A stretch of 64,000 bases of DNA, taken from assembly GCA_963771465.1 (NCBI GenBank), contig CAVYTU010000015.1, positions 288,001-352,000 on the forward strand, given 5' to 3'. The notes under the pieces were generated by a model, which worked only from the letters and a program-made list of their open reading frames with translations, made no database searches and was not told where the DNA came from. A program made the translations under genes and the position numbers. This stretch comes from an uncultured delta proteobacterium (GTDB lineage Bacteria; Desulfobacterota; Binatia; UBA9968). Shown here piece by piece: positions 29,758 to 41,005 of the stretch (the stretch's first letter is position 1; each line of letters begins with the position of its first letter).

Positions 29758-30525
29758 TCAAACCACTTCGGCAAACCGAGCTTTATAGCGAAGATGTACG
29801 CGGTAGCCGATCATGAACGACGATGCCGCCAAAACTATTAAGATCGCGACTCGAGAATATTCCGGCGCCACTTGACGGAAAATAACGTCCTGGTAACTTA
29901 GAATAAAGTAGGACTGCGGATTCAAGTAAATGACCGACAGCAAAGATTGTGGAACATTGCCAATATCGTAGATAATCGGCGTGAGCCAGAATAACTGCAT
30001 CAGGGCGATCTCGACAAAATGGCGCACGTCTCGATAAAACACCGTTGCCGTCGAAATCATGAAGCTCAAGCCTACGATAAAGAGCGTGTGCAAGATCAGC
30101 ACGGGAAAAAACCACAACGTTACCCATGCCATCGGCACCTGAAAAAATAACAAGGACATGGGCACGAAAACCACTAAAGCCAGAGCAAATTGCGCCAAGT
30201 TGAAGAGTACGGTTGCCACGGGAAACACCTCCATCGGCATGGCAACCTTGCGAATGAGTCCGCCATTTTCTAGAATCGAGCCGGTCGACATCATGACCGA
30301 CTGAGCGAAAAAATTCCAAGGCAAAATGCCAATCAACAAGAAATATGTGAAGTTCGGTATGCCGCCCTTCAGAATGTGATTGAAAACGAAGGTGTAAACG
30401 ATAATCAACAACAATGGATTCGCCAGCGACCAGAGGAACCCGATCGTCGAATCTCGATACTTAATCTTAAGATCCTTGACCACTAAGTTGCGAATCAGGT
30501 CACGGTACTGAAATAGCGATTCCAT
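29758..30525 (-). CDS. wzm: Polysaccharide ABC exporter permease
   Basis: DLKIKYRDSTIGFLWSLANP, YRDV, FWLTPIIY and LNP motifs. Confidence 0.93.
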   Translation of the reverse strand: MESLFQYRDLIRNLVVKDLKIKYRDSTIGFLWSLANPLLLIIVYTFVFNHILKGGIPNFTYFLLIGILPWNFFAQSVMMSTGSILENGGLIRKVAMPMEVFPVATVLFNLAQFALALVVFVPMSLLFFQVPMAWVTLWFFPVLILHTLFIVGLSFMISTATVFYRDVRHFVEIALMQLFWLTPIIYDIGNVPQSLLSVIYLNPQSYFILSYQDVIFRQVAPEYSRVAILIVLAASSFMIGYRVHLRYKARFAEVV

Positions 30526-30685
30526 GGGACGGTAGAGGGTCGATCCTGATTTCGCGCGCGGAAACTTGGGTGCATTCAGAAAGACGGTACTAACTACTTA
30601 GCAAATCTATTACGGTTTGTCATCTCCGACGCATGCTGACGTAGATCGAGTCAAAGCAATCTGCATTACGGAATTTACAAAATAG

Positions 30686-31606
30686 TTGGAGGAAACGAAA
30701 ATTCGGCTCACGATTATCATCCCGACTAAGAATCGCGCCAAAATTATCGACGAGCTGCTTGGAAGTCTCCGACGTCTTGATGGCTTGAATCGTATCCGTC
30801 CTGAGATCATCGTCGCCGACAATGACTCTACTGATGATACCTATAATTTTGTTGCCGCGGTCGCAACCAATTTTCCGGCGGCAATCCAAGTGATAAAGGT
30901 TGCCAAACCGGGAAAATCTGCCGCCATCAACGCTGCGGCCAAGTTGGCGCGCGGTGAGGTCTTGGCATTTTTGGACGACGACGTCGTCGTCGACAACACT
31001 TGGCTCACGGCGGTGGATACTTTTTATCGCGAAGGCAAATTTGAGGCCGGACAGGGTTTGATCCGGCTGCAAGCCCCGGAGCGGGACGATCCGGAAATTG
31101 TCAAATTGGTTCAACGCTACCGCACGATTCCAAGTCTCGAACACAAGCCGGACGTAAAGCCTCTTCATTCCTTGAACGGCGCCAACTTTTTCGTCTCACG
31201 TAACGCGTACGAGCGGGTTCGTGGCTTCGACGAACGCCTCGGCCCCGGCGCATCGGGCACATCCGAGGACGTCGACTTTGCGCGCCGCCTTACCCGCTCA
31301 GGCATCGCCATCGGCTATGCGCCTAGAGCGATTGTTTATCATCGGGTCGACCGCCATCGGTTGACCGAGGAATACTTCAAGCAATTTCACTGGCGCCAAG
31401 GCGGCAGCCGATTCCTGATTCAAAGGCGTGGCGCGGCGGCGATACTGTGCGATCTCACGCGCGTCGGCATCCAATATGTTTTTTACACGCTGATAGGAAA
31501 AGAGCGAAACCGCTACCGTAGCAAAGGCCGCATCTATCACTACCTTGGCATGATCGCCGCCAAACGAAACGGCAGCGCCAATCTCTCATCCCATGAGCTA
31601 CTTTGA
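30686..31606 (+). CDS. Glycosyltransferase family 2
   Basis: IIIPTKNR, ADNDSTD, FLDDD and GFDERLG..SEDVDF motifs. Confidence 0.9.
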   Translation: MEETKIRLTIIIPTKNRAKIIDELLGSLRRLDGLNRIRPEIIVADNDSTDDTYNFVAAVATNFPAAIQVIKVAKPGKSAAINAAAKLARGEVLAFLDDDVVVDNTWLTAVDTFYREGKFEAGQGLIRLQAPERDDPEIVKLVQRYRTIPSLEHKPDVKPLHSLNGANFFVSRNAYERVRGFDERLGPGASGTSEDVDFARRLTRSGIAIGYAPRAIVYHRVDRHRLTEEYFKQFHWRQGGSRFLIQRRGAAAILCDLTRVGIQYVFYTLIGKERNRYRSKGRIYHYLGMIAAKRNGSANLSSHELL

Positions 31607-31730
31607 ACCCGGATTCCGCAGTGGAGATATCCGCGGGAGACCAGATCCTAGAGTGAAGACGCCAATCGGTGCAGTTACAAATCATTTTACCGGGCAACGA
31701 GGGTTCGCTCGCTGGATGCGGAATCCGGGT
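31607..31730. mobile_element. Putative 124-bp MITE with perfect 14-bp terminal inverted repeats and TGA direct flanks
   Basis: TGA|ACCCGGATTCCGCA...TGCGGAATCCGGGT|TGA; the left TGA is the stop codon of the GT2 gene. Confidence 0.7.
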
Positions 31731-31741
31731 TGAACGGCGGG

Positions 31742-34099
31742 TTATTTGAGTGAGCTCTTAGACGAGCCCAGCCCAAGTAGGTTGAAGTCGAAACGGAAAC
31801 TGGTTTTGGCCGGATTGATGTCACGTTTCAATCCTAGGGTCATCGACCAACACTCACAGGAAGACAAGATTTTAGTAGCGGTGCGAAATCCAATGAATTT
31901 ACTGTTGAGCGCGTCGTAGGTGGAGCTCGCGGTGAATAGCAAGTTATCGGTCAAGTGATAGAAAAGTGTGTTGTTTAAACTCCCGCCAACATTGCGGTTA
32001 AAACTGCTTCCCGGGCAGCGTGGGTCGGCGACATGGGCCGCACAGTAGGCCGGGGTGGCGGGAGCATCCAAATCAACATTGGCGTCTTCGGCGAGAAACG
32101 CATTGGTGCCCAAGCGAACGACTTGGTAGCTCAGCGAAAAGTAGTTTGGCTGGTTAAAGTCAGGATCTAAGCTACGGCGCGTTATTGGCCGGGGATCGGA
32201 GATCGACAGCGTGGTTTTGCTATTGGTGAATTTCCACGCTCCTGGATCGACGCCACCGTCATAGCGGATAAGTAGATAATTCAAAGGACTCAGCTGTAAC
32301 TTGATGTCGAGATCGGTCAGGCTATCGCCGCCCTTTCTTTCCTTGTCGATATCGTAGCCGAGCGCCAAGCGTAGCGACGCCAGCTCTCTAACCGGTCCGG
32401 TCACCACCGGATTTAAGAATTCAGTATCCTGCTCGGAGGGCGCTCCCAACAGTGGATTGATGGACTTACCCCAGACTCGGTTGGCCAGCGCCAGTGTAAC
32501 CACGTTGCGGCGATTGACGCGGTCGATACCGTCCATGATCGGAATCCGGCTTTGGTTGACGCTCGGGACAAACAGATAGCTCAACTCAGGCTCGACAATA
32601 TGTTTGATCTGGTTCAACCCGAAACTGTCGAAGCCGAATAGCCGGCTCACTGAGGTGCCAATATTGGCACGCATTTCCACCAGCTCGCGGGAAACATTGT
32701 GATCGTTGGACTTAACCGGCGAATAGAGGTGATAAGCGGTCTCGCGGGGCGCTACACCCAAAGAGCCGACCCAGTGTGACGCTAGTCGAAACGGCAGGAA
32801 GAGCTCGGGCCGCAAATCCAGCCGAAAGCCGTCGCCTCCTTCCCGGCGCAAGTAATTAACCGCCTCGGCACGCCAGCGAAACTCCAGCGGCAAGTTCGAC
32901 AAAAACCGCCGTCCCCAAAACGACACCTGCGGCGTGCGCTGCAAAGTGATTTTATCGGGTTGGATGAAATCCTGATACAGATTCATTTCAGTCTTGAAGA
33001 ACGTGTCGCTCCAGCTCTTGAACACGCCGAATTGCGACTCGCCGAAGCGGCTGCGGCGAATATTCGACTCGATCGCGCCGCTGAGATCGAAACGCTCGAT
33101 CAGTTCACGGGTAAACAAATCATCGCGATAGGCGGCGAAATCGCTGAAGGTTAGCCAGTCGGAAGCGGTGGTATAGCGGTGCGTACCGATAATACTCCAG
33201 CGATCTTTCGGGATGTGCTGATCGGCGATGGTGCGGTCGACCACCGCGTCTCCTGCATCGTGGCGCAGGTTTTCGTTGAAGTACGAAGTATTGATCGCGA
33301 AGTTGGAATCACGATCAAACTTGGTACGGAATTCGCCGAGCATGCCGATCCTGGCGCGGCTCTCAAAATCGAACTCCAAAGTGGCGTCGGTGCTCCGCGA
33401 GATGGCCCAAAAAAACGGCTGCTGGAAGCGAAATCCTTCTTTCGTCGATTGCCCGAACTTGGGAAAAAGAAAACCAGTTTGTCGCTCGCTACGGAGCGGG
33501 AAAACGCCGTAAGGCAGGTAGAAAACCGGCACATCGAGCACATATAAATATCCGTTCCTAATCGTTCCACTGCCTTCGAGCGTAAGGTCCATTTGCTCCG
33601 CGGAAAACTTCCACGACGGGCTTCCCGACTCACAGAGGCAGGTGGTAAAGAATCCGTCGTCGACGTGGTAGGTCTGACCGCCGAATTTTTGGAAACGCCG
33701 GCCGGATATACTGACGTGGCCCTCTTCCAGAAACAGATCGCCGTTCTCGATGGCGCCGATTTCCGTCGCCATGTTCATTTTGATCGAGTCGGCAGACCTG
33801 ACCTTCCACTCCGGGTCTTCGACACTGACCCTGCCGCTTGCTTCGACTTCCTGAGTTTCGCGATTGAAGCGCACCTCGCCGGCCTTCAGCGTCATTTCCT
33901 GACGCTTGATTTCGACGTTGCCGCTGGCCTCGATCTGATTGGCGCCATTGGCCGCCGATATCTTATCCGCGGTGACGTTGATCTCGCCGCTTTTTTCCGG
34001 GCTAGCCTGGGGGATAACTTCAGCGGCGTCAGCGCGTGCCGCGAGAACCAATGTCATGGCAGCAAACGCCATTGCCAAAAAGCCAAATTTAGATTTCAT
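31742..34099 (-). CDS. lptD: LPS-assembly outer membrane protein LptD
   Basis: Signal peptide; OstA-like N-terminus; FTTCLC, PVFYLPY and RQTGFLFP motifs; C-terminal CECW..FNLLGLG. Confidence 0.9.
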   Translation of the reverse strand: MKSKFGFLAMAFAAMTLVLAARADAAEVIPQASPEKSGEINVTADKISAANGANQIEASGNVEIKRQEMTLKAGEVRFNRETQEVEASGRVSVEDPEWKVRSADSIKMNMATEIGAIENGDLFLEEGHVSISGRRFQKFGGQTYHVDDGFFTTCLCESGSPSWKFSAEQMDLTLEGSGTIRNGYLYVLDVPVFYLPYGVFPLRSERQTGFLFPKFGQSTKEGFRFQQPFFWAISRSTDATLEFDFESRARIGMLGEFRTKFDRDSNFAINTSYFNENLRHDAGDAVVDRTIADQHIPKDRWSIIGTHRYTTASDWLTFSDFAAYRDDLFTRELIERFDLSGAIESNIRRSRFGESQFGVFKSWSDTFFKTEMNLYQDFIQPDKITLQRTPQVSFWGRRFLSNLPLEFRWRAEAVNYLRREGGDGFRLDLRPELFLPFRLASHWVGSLGVAPRETAYHLYSPVKSNDHNVSRELVEMRANIGTSVSRLFGFDSFGLNQIKHIVEPELSYLFVPSVNQSRIPIMDGIDRVNRRNVVTLALANRVWGKSINPLLGAPSEQDTEFLNPVVTGPVRELASLRLALGYDIDKERKGGDSLTDLDIKLQLSPLNYLLIRYDGGVDPGAWKFTNSKTTLSISDPRPITRRSLDPDFNQPNYFSLSYQVVRLGTNAFLAEDANVDLDAPATPAYCAAHVADPRCPGSSFNRNVGGSLNNTLFYHLTDNLLFTASSTYDALNSKFIGFRTATKILSSCECWSMTLGLKRDINPAKTSFRFDFNLLGLGSSKSSLK

Positions 34100-34130
34100 C
34101 TTCGTAATTGTCGCCAATTCGCCTAAAGTT

Positions 34131-35420
34131 CTATACCGTTGTCGCTTCGGTGATGGCAATATTTTGTAGTAATGGACGAATTTCACCAAGCAAATAGAGC
34201 GATCCGGCGACGACGATAATGTCATTGTCCTGCGCTTCGTCGAGCAGCGTTCGCAATGCGAGCCGAGAGTCGTCAATCGCGCGGCGCGGAATTCCCGCCG
34301 CGAGTTTCTCCGCTAATGCTTCAGGCGCTGCGCTGCGTTCCATCGACACGCGGGTGAAAATGATTTCATCCACCGCTTTCCCCAGCGCAGCGAGCATCAG
34401 CTCCCATTCTTTGTCCGCCATGGCCGCGAACAGCAATTTAATCCTACGGCCCTGGCGCAGTTCATTGAGTTCGCTGACGAGTGCCGCAACTCCTTCACTG
34501 TTATGCGCCCCGTCGAGGATAACCAGCGGCCGTTCACGCATCACTTCCAGCCGCCCTGGCCACTGCACGGTCGCCAGTCCGTCGCGGCGCGCTTGCTCGC
34601 TTACGGAGTAGCGATCGGCGATTAATTCCAGTGTCGCTAGGGCGACCGCCGCATTCGCCCTTTGATGCCGTCCACGAAGCCCAAGTGCCAAATTTGAATA
34701 ATGGTGTTTTATACCTGTATAGTCGAAAAGTCCTTCGTTTTTCAAGGAAAATCCGAAATCCACGCCGAGAAAATAGCTACGCGATAAGCGTACGTCGGCC
34801 ATAGTTTTGAGTAGCTGTGAAACTTCCGGCGACATTTTGCCGAACACAACCGGCACTGCCGGTTTGATGATCCCGCCCTTTTCGCGGGCAATCGATAGCT
34901 CATCGGGTCCGAGATACGCTTGGTGATCTTTCGAGATCGTCGTGATCAGCGAAACCAAGGGACTGACAAGGTTCGTGGCATCGAGCCGCCCGCCCAAACC
35001 TACTTCGATGACCGCGATTTCGACCTGCTGGCGGGCAAAGTAAACAAATGCCATGACGGTAACGAATTCGAAGAACGTCAACGGCACCCCAGCCGCTTCA
35101 GTGCGCCGGCGCACCTCGTCGGCAAGCGTAACGACATCGTTTTGACTGATCTCGCAGTCGCCGATACGCATGCGCTCGGTGAACGAAACCAAGTGCGGCG
35201 AAGTGTAAAGCGCGGTGCGGTAGCCAGCCAAGGAAAGCATGCGATGGAGCATCGCCGACGTCGAGCCTTTGCCGTTGGTGCCAGCGATATGGAGCGACGG
35301 AAAAATTTTTTCCGGGTGATCGAACAGCGCCAAAGCCCGCTCCATGCGGTCAAGGCGCAAATCGATCATGCCGCCGCGCAGATTATAGATTCGCTCAAGG
35401 GTCTCTGAATAACTATCCAT
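34131..35420 (-). CDS. folC: Bifunctional folylpolyglutamate/dihydrofolate synthase
   Basis: HIAGTNGKGST, EVGLGGRLDATN, WPGRLE and LDGAHN motifs. Confidence 0.96.
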   Translation of the reverse strand: MDSYSETLERIYNLRGGMIDLRLDRMERALALFDHPEKIFPSLHIAGTNGKGSTSAMLHRMLSLAGYRTALYTSPHLVSFTERMRIGDCEISQNDVVTLADEVRRRTEAAGVPLTFFEFVTVMAFVYFARQQVEIAVIEVGLGGRLDATNLVSPLVSLITTISKDHQAYLGPDELSIAREKGGIIKPAVPVVFGKMSPEVSQLLKTMADVRLSRSYFLGVDFGFSLKNEGLFDYTGIKHHYSNLALGLRGRHQRANAAVALATLELIADRYSVSEQARRDGLATVQWPGRLEVMRERPLVILDGAHNSEGVAALVSELNELRQGRRIKLLFAAMADKEWELMLAALGKAVDEIIFTRVSMERSAAPEALAEKLAAGIPRRAIDDSRLALRTLLDEAQDNDIIVVAGSLYLLGEIRPLLQNIAITEATTV

Positions 35421-35488
35421 CAGCGATTGTCCGTCGCGATTGCCGACAAGTAGCAGAGATGATCAAACCTTCGACGGAAAACTCAATG

Positions 35489-36301
35489 CTACTTGGGTTT
35501 ATTCGCCTGACGCATGGCACGCTTCAGCCGGGCGGCAAAGATACCGGCTTGTTTAACCTTGGCGTTTTTACTATCGGCGCGCTCGATTTTTTCCACTAAG
35601 GCGCTACCGACCACGGCCGCGTCAGCGAACCCTGCGATCCAGGCAGCCTGCTCAGGCGTCGAGATGCCAAAGCCGACCCCGACCGGCAACGCACCGGCTT
35701 GGCGCACCCGCGCTACTTGCGCTTTGAGACCATCGTCAAAGGTCCGGCGCGCGCCGGTCACGCCGGTAACCGAGACGTAATAAATAAAGCCCCGACCCTG
35801 GCGCGCCACCAATTTGACCCGGTCCGGCCCGCTGGTCGGCGATAGGAGAAAAATCAGATCAATCCCCACCTTATCGGTCCAGCGCTTGAGCTCGCCACTT
35901 TCTTCCGGCGGTAAATCGATGCACAGCACGCCGTCGGCGCCCGCTGCAGCCGCCGCGCGGGCAAACTTTTCCAAACCAAAGCGAAAAAATGGATTGAAGT
36001 AGCCGAACAGAACCACCGGAAGTTGCGAACTCCGGCGAAACTCGCGCACCAACCGAAACACCGCGGCTAATGGAATCGGATGTTTTAACGCGCGCTCGGA
36101 AGAACGTTGAATCGTCGGCCCATCGGCGCTCGGATCGGAAAACGGAATGCCCAACTCAATGCAGTCCGCCCCGCTCGCCTCAAGGGAACGCAAAATTCTA
36201 AGTGTCGTCGCCAAATCAGGGTCGCCGGCGGTGATGAACGGGATCAGCGCCGCCTCACCGCGTCGTTTTAGCTCAGCAAAGGTTTTTTGAATACGGCTCA
36301 T
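35489..36301 (-). CDS. trpA: Tryptophan synthase alpha chain
   Basis: ELGIPFSDPSADGPTIQ, GVTG and GFGIS motifs. Confidence 0.97.
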   Translation of the reverse strand: MSRIQKTFAELKRRGEAALIPFITAGDPDLATTLRILRSLEASGADCIELGIPFSDPSADGPTIQRSSERALKHPIPLAAVFRLVREFRRSSQLPVVLFGYFNPFFRFGLEKFARAAAAAGADGVLCIDLPPEESGELKRWTDKVGIDLIFLLSPTSGPDRVKLVARQGRGFIYYVSVTGVTGARRTFDDGLKAQVARVRQAGALPVGVGFGISTPEQAAWIAGFADAAVVGSALVEKIERADSKNAKVKQAGIFAARLKRAMRQANKPK

Positions 36302-36396
36302 GTTTCGATTTAAACCGCTTACGACTTCAACGTGCCAGAGTTCAAAGTTATCGGCGTGTTTCCGCACCGGCCTTGAACTTGAACCCTGAAGGATTC

Positions 36397-37617
<1,221 letters not shown>

Positions 37618-38289
37618 GATCCTTGACACCTGGGCGCGCTTCCACGCCGCTACAAACATCGACCCCGTAGGGATGTATCCGCTCGATCGCCTGGACGACG
37701 TTGTCGACCCGCAAGCCGCCGGAGAGAATCAACCTGCTCGGGTCGATGCCGTCGAGCCACTGCCACGGAAACTGCGCCCCCGAACCGCCGTAACCAGGCG
37801 AAAACGAATCGAGCAAATAAAAATCAGCCGAAATACTTTTCATGCTATCGAGGGACGACTGCTCTTTCACGCGAATCGCCTTGATCACTTTCATGTCCCA
37901 GCCGCGGCAATACGCCGCGCTCTCCTCACCGTGGAACTGTAAGCCGCGATACGCCTGGCGGCCATCGGCCAACTCGCCGCGGGCGACCGTCTCGAGAACT
38001 TTCTCGCGCGACTCATTGACGAATAGCGCGATGTTGAAAGAGTCGGACGGCAAATATTCGATAATTTCACGTGCCTGCTCCGCTGCAATCGAGCGCGGGC
38101 TCGGCGGATAGAAATTAAACCCCAGCATGTCCGCGCCGTACTCCAACGCCTTTTCGGCATCGGTCAAAGAAGTGATGCCGCAAACTTTGATTTTCACCGC
38201 TGTCATGACCTTCGCTAAGCTAGAATCCCTGCAACTTCCTCGCGCCAACGACAAATATTGTCGAACCTGCGTCGACCGTCCGCGCTTTC

Positions 38290-38373
38290 GTCATTCCCGC
38301 CAAAGCCGGAATCCAGTCCTTCAATGGCGCTCGTCGCATTCCAAACTGGATTCTGGCATGTGCTGCGATCACG
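38290..38373. repeat. Degenerate dRS3/RPE-like palindromic intergenic element
   Basis: GTCATTCCCGCCAAAGCCGGAATCCAG...CTGGATTCTGGC resembles the widespread GTCATTCCCGCGNAAGCGGGAATCC palindromic repeats. Confidence 0.65.
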
Positions 38374-38433
38374 GAATTTGCGGCTCGACCTAAAAAAGTT
38401 ACCGACTGCACGCGCTTTCCACCAAACACAGGT

Positions 38434-39213
38434 TCAACCATTCAATAACTCCGCCAACTTCTTTCCCGGCTCGGGCGCGCGCATTAGCGACTCGCCGATC
38501 AGAAAAGCGTGAACCCCCAACTTCTCCACCCGGCGAATTTGCTCGAGACTATCGATACCGCTCTCACACACCGCCGGCTTGCCGGCCGGAACCAGCGGCG
38601 CCAAACGCTCGGTGGTTGCCAAACTCACCGCGAAGGTTTTCAAATCGCGATTGTTGATGCCGATCATCTCCGCGCCAGCATCGATGGCCGCTGCGAGTTC
38701 GTTTTCCGTATGCACTTCGACCAGCGAATCCAGTTGTAATGCCGTCGCCTGCTGGCGCAACTCCCGCATCAAACTCGGCTCGAGCATCGCCGCGATGAAA
38801 AGCACCGCGTCGGCGCCATAGCTTTTGGCCTCGTCAAGTTGGTAGCCATCGAGCATGAAGTCTTTGCGCAGCAACGGCACGCTGACCGCGGCGCGAATCT
38901 GCTCTAGATACATAATATCGCCGTGAAAAAAACGGTCTTCGGTCAACACCGAGATTGCGCTCGCTCCATGCGTCGCGTAGTCCTTGGCGATCGCCACCGC
39001 ATCGAAGTCGGCGCGGATCAAACCCTTCGACGGTGAGGTTTTTTTGACTTCGGCGATGACGCGGCGGGTGGCGCCGCTTACGGCGTTGGCGAAACCGCGC
39101 GTCGGCGCGCGGTATAGTGGGCGCTCGCGCAGCGCCGACAACGGCAGCTCGCGCCGCCGACGTTCGACGACGCCGCGCACATGCTCGGCAATAGTGGTGA
39201 GTATTTCGGCCAT
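38434..39213 (-). CDS. trpC: Indole-3-glycerol phosphate synthase
   Basis: IAEVKKTSPSKG, LRKDF, GINNRDL and ESGI motifs. Confidence 0.97.
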   Translation of the reverse strand: MAEILTTIAEHVRGVVERRRRELPLSALRERPLYRAPTRGFANAVSGATRRVIAEVKKTSPSKGLIRADFDAVAIAKDYATHGASAISVLTEDRFFHGDIMYLEQIRAAVSVPLLRKDFMLDGYQLDEAKSYGADAVLFIAAMLEPSLMRELRQQATALQLDSLVEVHTENELAAAIDAGAEMIGINNRDLKTFAVSLATTERLAPLVPAGKPAVCESGIDSLEQIRRVEKLGVHAFLIGESLMRAPEPGKKLAELLNG

Positions 39214-39219
39214 GGGAGT

Positions 39220-40236
39220 TCAGGCGGCATTGGTGAGCTCGGCCAATTGCTGAAGTTTTTGCCGCGCTTTACCGGAATCGATCGACTCCGCGGCAACTCT
39301 GATCCCCTCTTGAATGTTCGCGGCTCGACCGCTGACGTAGAACGCCGCGCCGCTGTTGAGCAAAACCACATCGCGCGCCGGACCTTTGTTGCCGGCCAAC
39401 ACGCTGCGAACGATCTCGGCGCTCTGCTCGGCGCTGCCGCCGTGGAGATCCTCCAGCATGCAGCGTTTGAAACCAACTTGTTCGGGTTCGAAAAGATATT
39501 CCTTAACCTGGCCATCGCGCAGCTCGGCAACTTTGGTGGGTCCGCAAAGGGAAATCTCGTCTAGCCCTTCCAAGCCGTGCACCACCATGGCACGCACGCT
39601 GCCGAGATTTTTAAGCACGTTGGCGATGCTGCCAACAAGGTCGCCGCTATAAATGCCGATCAATTGATGGCTCGCCATCGCCGGATTGGTCAGCGGGCCG
39701 AGTATGTTAAATATGGTCCGAATGCCGATATCGCGGCGCGGTCCGACCGCGTATTTCATCGCTTCATGAAGCAGCGGCGCGAACAGGAAACCGATGCCGA
39801 TGGTGGCAATACACTGTTCGACCCGTTCTTTTGGCGCGTCGACTTTGACACCGAGAGCGCCGAGCACATCGGCGCTGCCGGATTGGCTCGATACTGAACG
39901 GTTGCCATGCTTGGCCACGTCCACGCCGGCGCCGGCGACGACCAACGCCGAGGTGGTAGAAATATTGAAGGTACCCTTCTGATCGCCGCCGGTGCCGCAA
40001 GTGTCGAGCACGGTTTTGCCGCCGACGTTTACCCGGTGTGCCTTCTCGCGCATCACCCGCGCCGCGCCGGTGATCTCCTCGACGGTTTCACCCTTCATGC
40101 GCAGCGCCGTGAGAAACGCCGCCACCTGCAACGGCGTCGCTTCACCGGTCATGATCTGGTTCATCACGTCGACGGTGTCCGCCTCGGAAAGATCGATGCG
40201 ATTGACCAGCTTATCGATTGCTTCGCGAATGTTCAT
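39220..40236 (-). CDS. trpD: Anthranilate phosphoribosyltransferase
   Basis: [19 protein letters not shown] and GPLTNP motifs. Confidence 0.97.
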   Translation of the reverse strand: MNIREAIDKLVNRIDLSEADTVDVMNQIMTGEATPLQVAAFLTALRMKGETVEEITGAARVMREKAHRVNVGGKTVLDTCGTGGDQKGTFNISTTSALVVAGAGVDVAKHGNRSVSSQSGSADVLGALGVKVDAPKERVEQCIATIGIGFLFAPLLHEAMKYAVGPRRDIGIRTIFNILGPLTNPAMASHQLIGIYSGDLVGSIANVLKNLGSVRAMVVHGLEGLDEISLCGPTKVAELRDGQVKEYLFEPEQVGFKRCMLEDLHGGSAEQSAEIVRSVLAGNKGPARDVVLLNSGAAFYVSGRAANIQEGIRVAAESIDSGKARQKLQQLAELTNAA

Positions 40237-40251
40237 GCTGATGCTGGTGAT

Positions 40252-40914
40252 TTATTTGCTCGCGGCGAAGGCGTTCGAGTGATTCTCCTTGGTCCTAAGC
40301 GCATCGGCGATTTTCTCTGCCTGTTCGCGGCTGTCATAACGGCCTACACTGACACGATACCAAGTTTTGCCGCGGTTCTGCACGTCGCTGACATAGGCGT
40401 TGTAGCCTTTATTTTTTAGCCGATCAACCAACTGGATCGCCGAGCGCTCGTCGGGAAAGGCATTGACCTGGGCGCGCCACACTGTACCTGGATCGCCGGC
40501 TTCGGTGCCCGCCGCCGACTCGGTCTTCTTCGGCGCCGTCTCGGCGGCGATTTTCTCCGTCTTCTTTTCTACTGCCTTGGGGGCCGCTTCGGCTACGACG
40601 ATTTTCTCGGTTGGTTTTTCCTTCGCTTTCTCCTCCGCCACACTCGGCGCGGACGATTTCGCCTCCGGACCGTTGAAGGTAATCTCGTCTTTCCTTTGCG
40701 CGGCGCCGCCGCCCGGTGCGCCTTCCGGTTTCACCGGGATCTTCACAAGCGGCTCGTCCTTCTTTAAGATTTTTCTTTCCTCGATGCCCTTGCCGACGAA
40801 CATGCCGAGAAAAAAAATCACCACGGCAGCCGACGTAAACGCAGCGCCGAGTAGAACCATCTGGCCGCGGGTGTAGTAATAACGATTTTCTTTACCCCTG
40901 CGATTTTCCGCCAT
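40252..40914 (-). CDS. Bitopic SPOR-domain cell division protein (FtsN/DedD-like)
   Basis: Single TM, charged linker, WRAQVNAF..WYRVSVG SPOR motif; conserved position after argS. Confidence 0.85.
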   Translation of the reverse strand: MAENRRGKENRYYYTRGQMVLLGAAFTSAAVVIFFLGMFVGKGIEERKILKKDEPLVKIPVKPEGAPGGGAAQRKDEITFNGPEAKSSAPSVAEEKAKEKPTEKIVVAEAAPKAVEKKTEKIAAETAPKKTESAAGTEAGDPGTVWRAQVNAFPDERSAIQLVDRLKNKGYNAYVSDVQNRGKTWYRVSVGRYDSREQAEKIADALRTKENHSNAFAASK

Positions 40915-41005
40915 GAAAATTTCCCCTCGTATCCAGAACCGGGCAAAGCCCCGTCGACTTGAGCTAGTTAAACCGCAATCGACTACTTATGACGACAGAC
41001 TGACG

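Noticed and set aside
28986-29816. Long plus-strand ORFs antisense to wzt, rpoA (49245..50075), rpsD, cysNC and other core genes
   Set aside because: Shadow ORFs expected from high-GC codon bias; no motifs and full overlap with well-supported genes
31600-31735. The element as an integron attC site (right end reads GTTGAAC, matching GTTRRRY, and follows a stop codon)
   Set aside because: The left end is not RYYYAAC, the arms pair perfectly without the unpaired spacer and extrahelical bases of attC, and there is no integrase or cassette array
36325-36392. Imperfect heptamer-like inverted repeat (TTCAAAG / CTTGAAC) between trpB and trpA
   Set aside because: Too short and degenerate to call as an element
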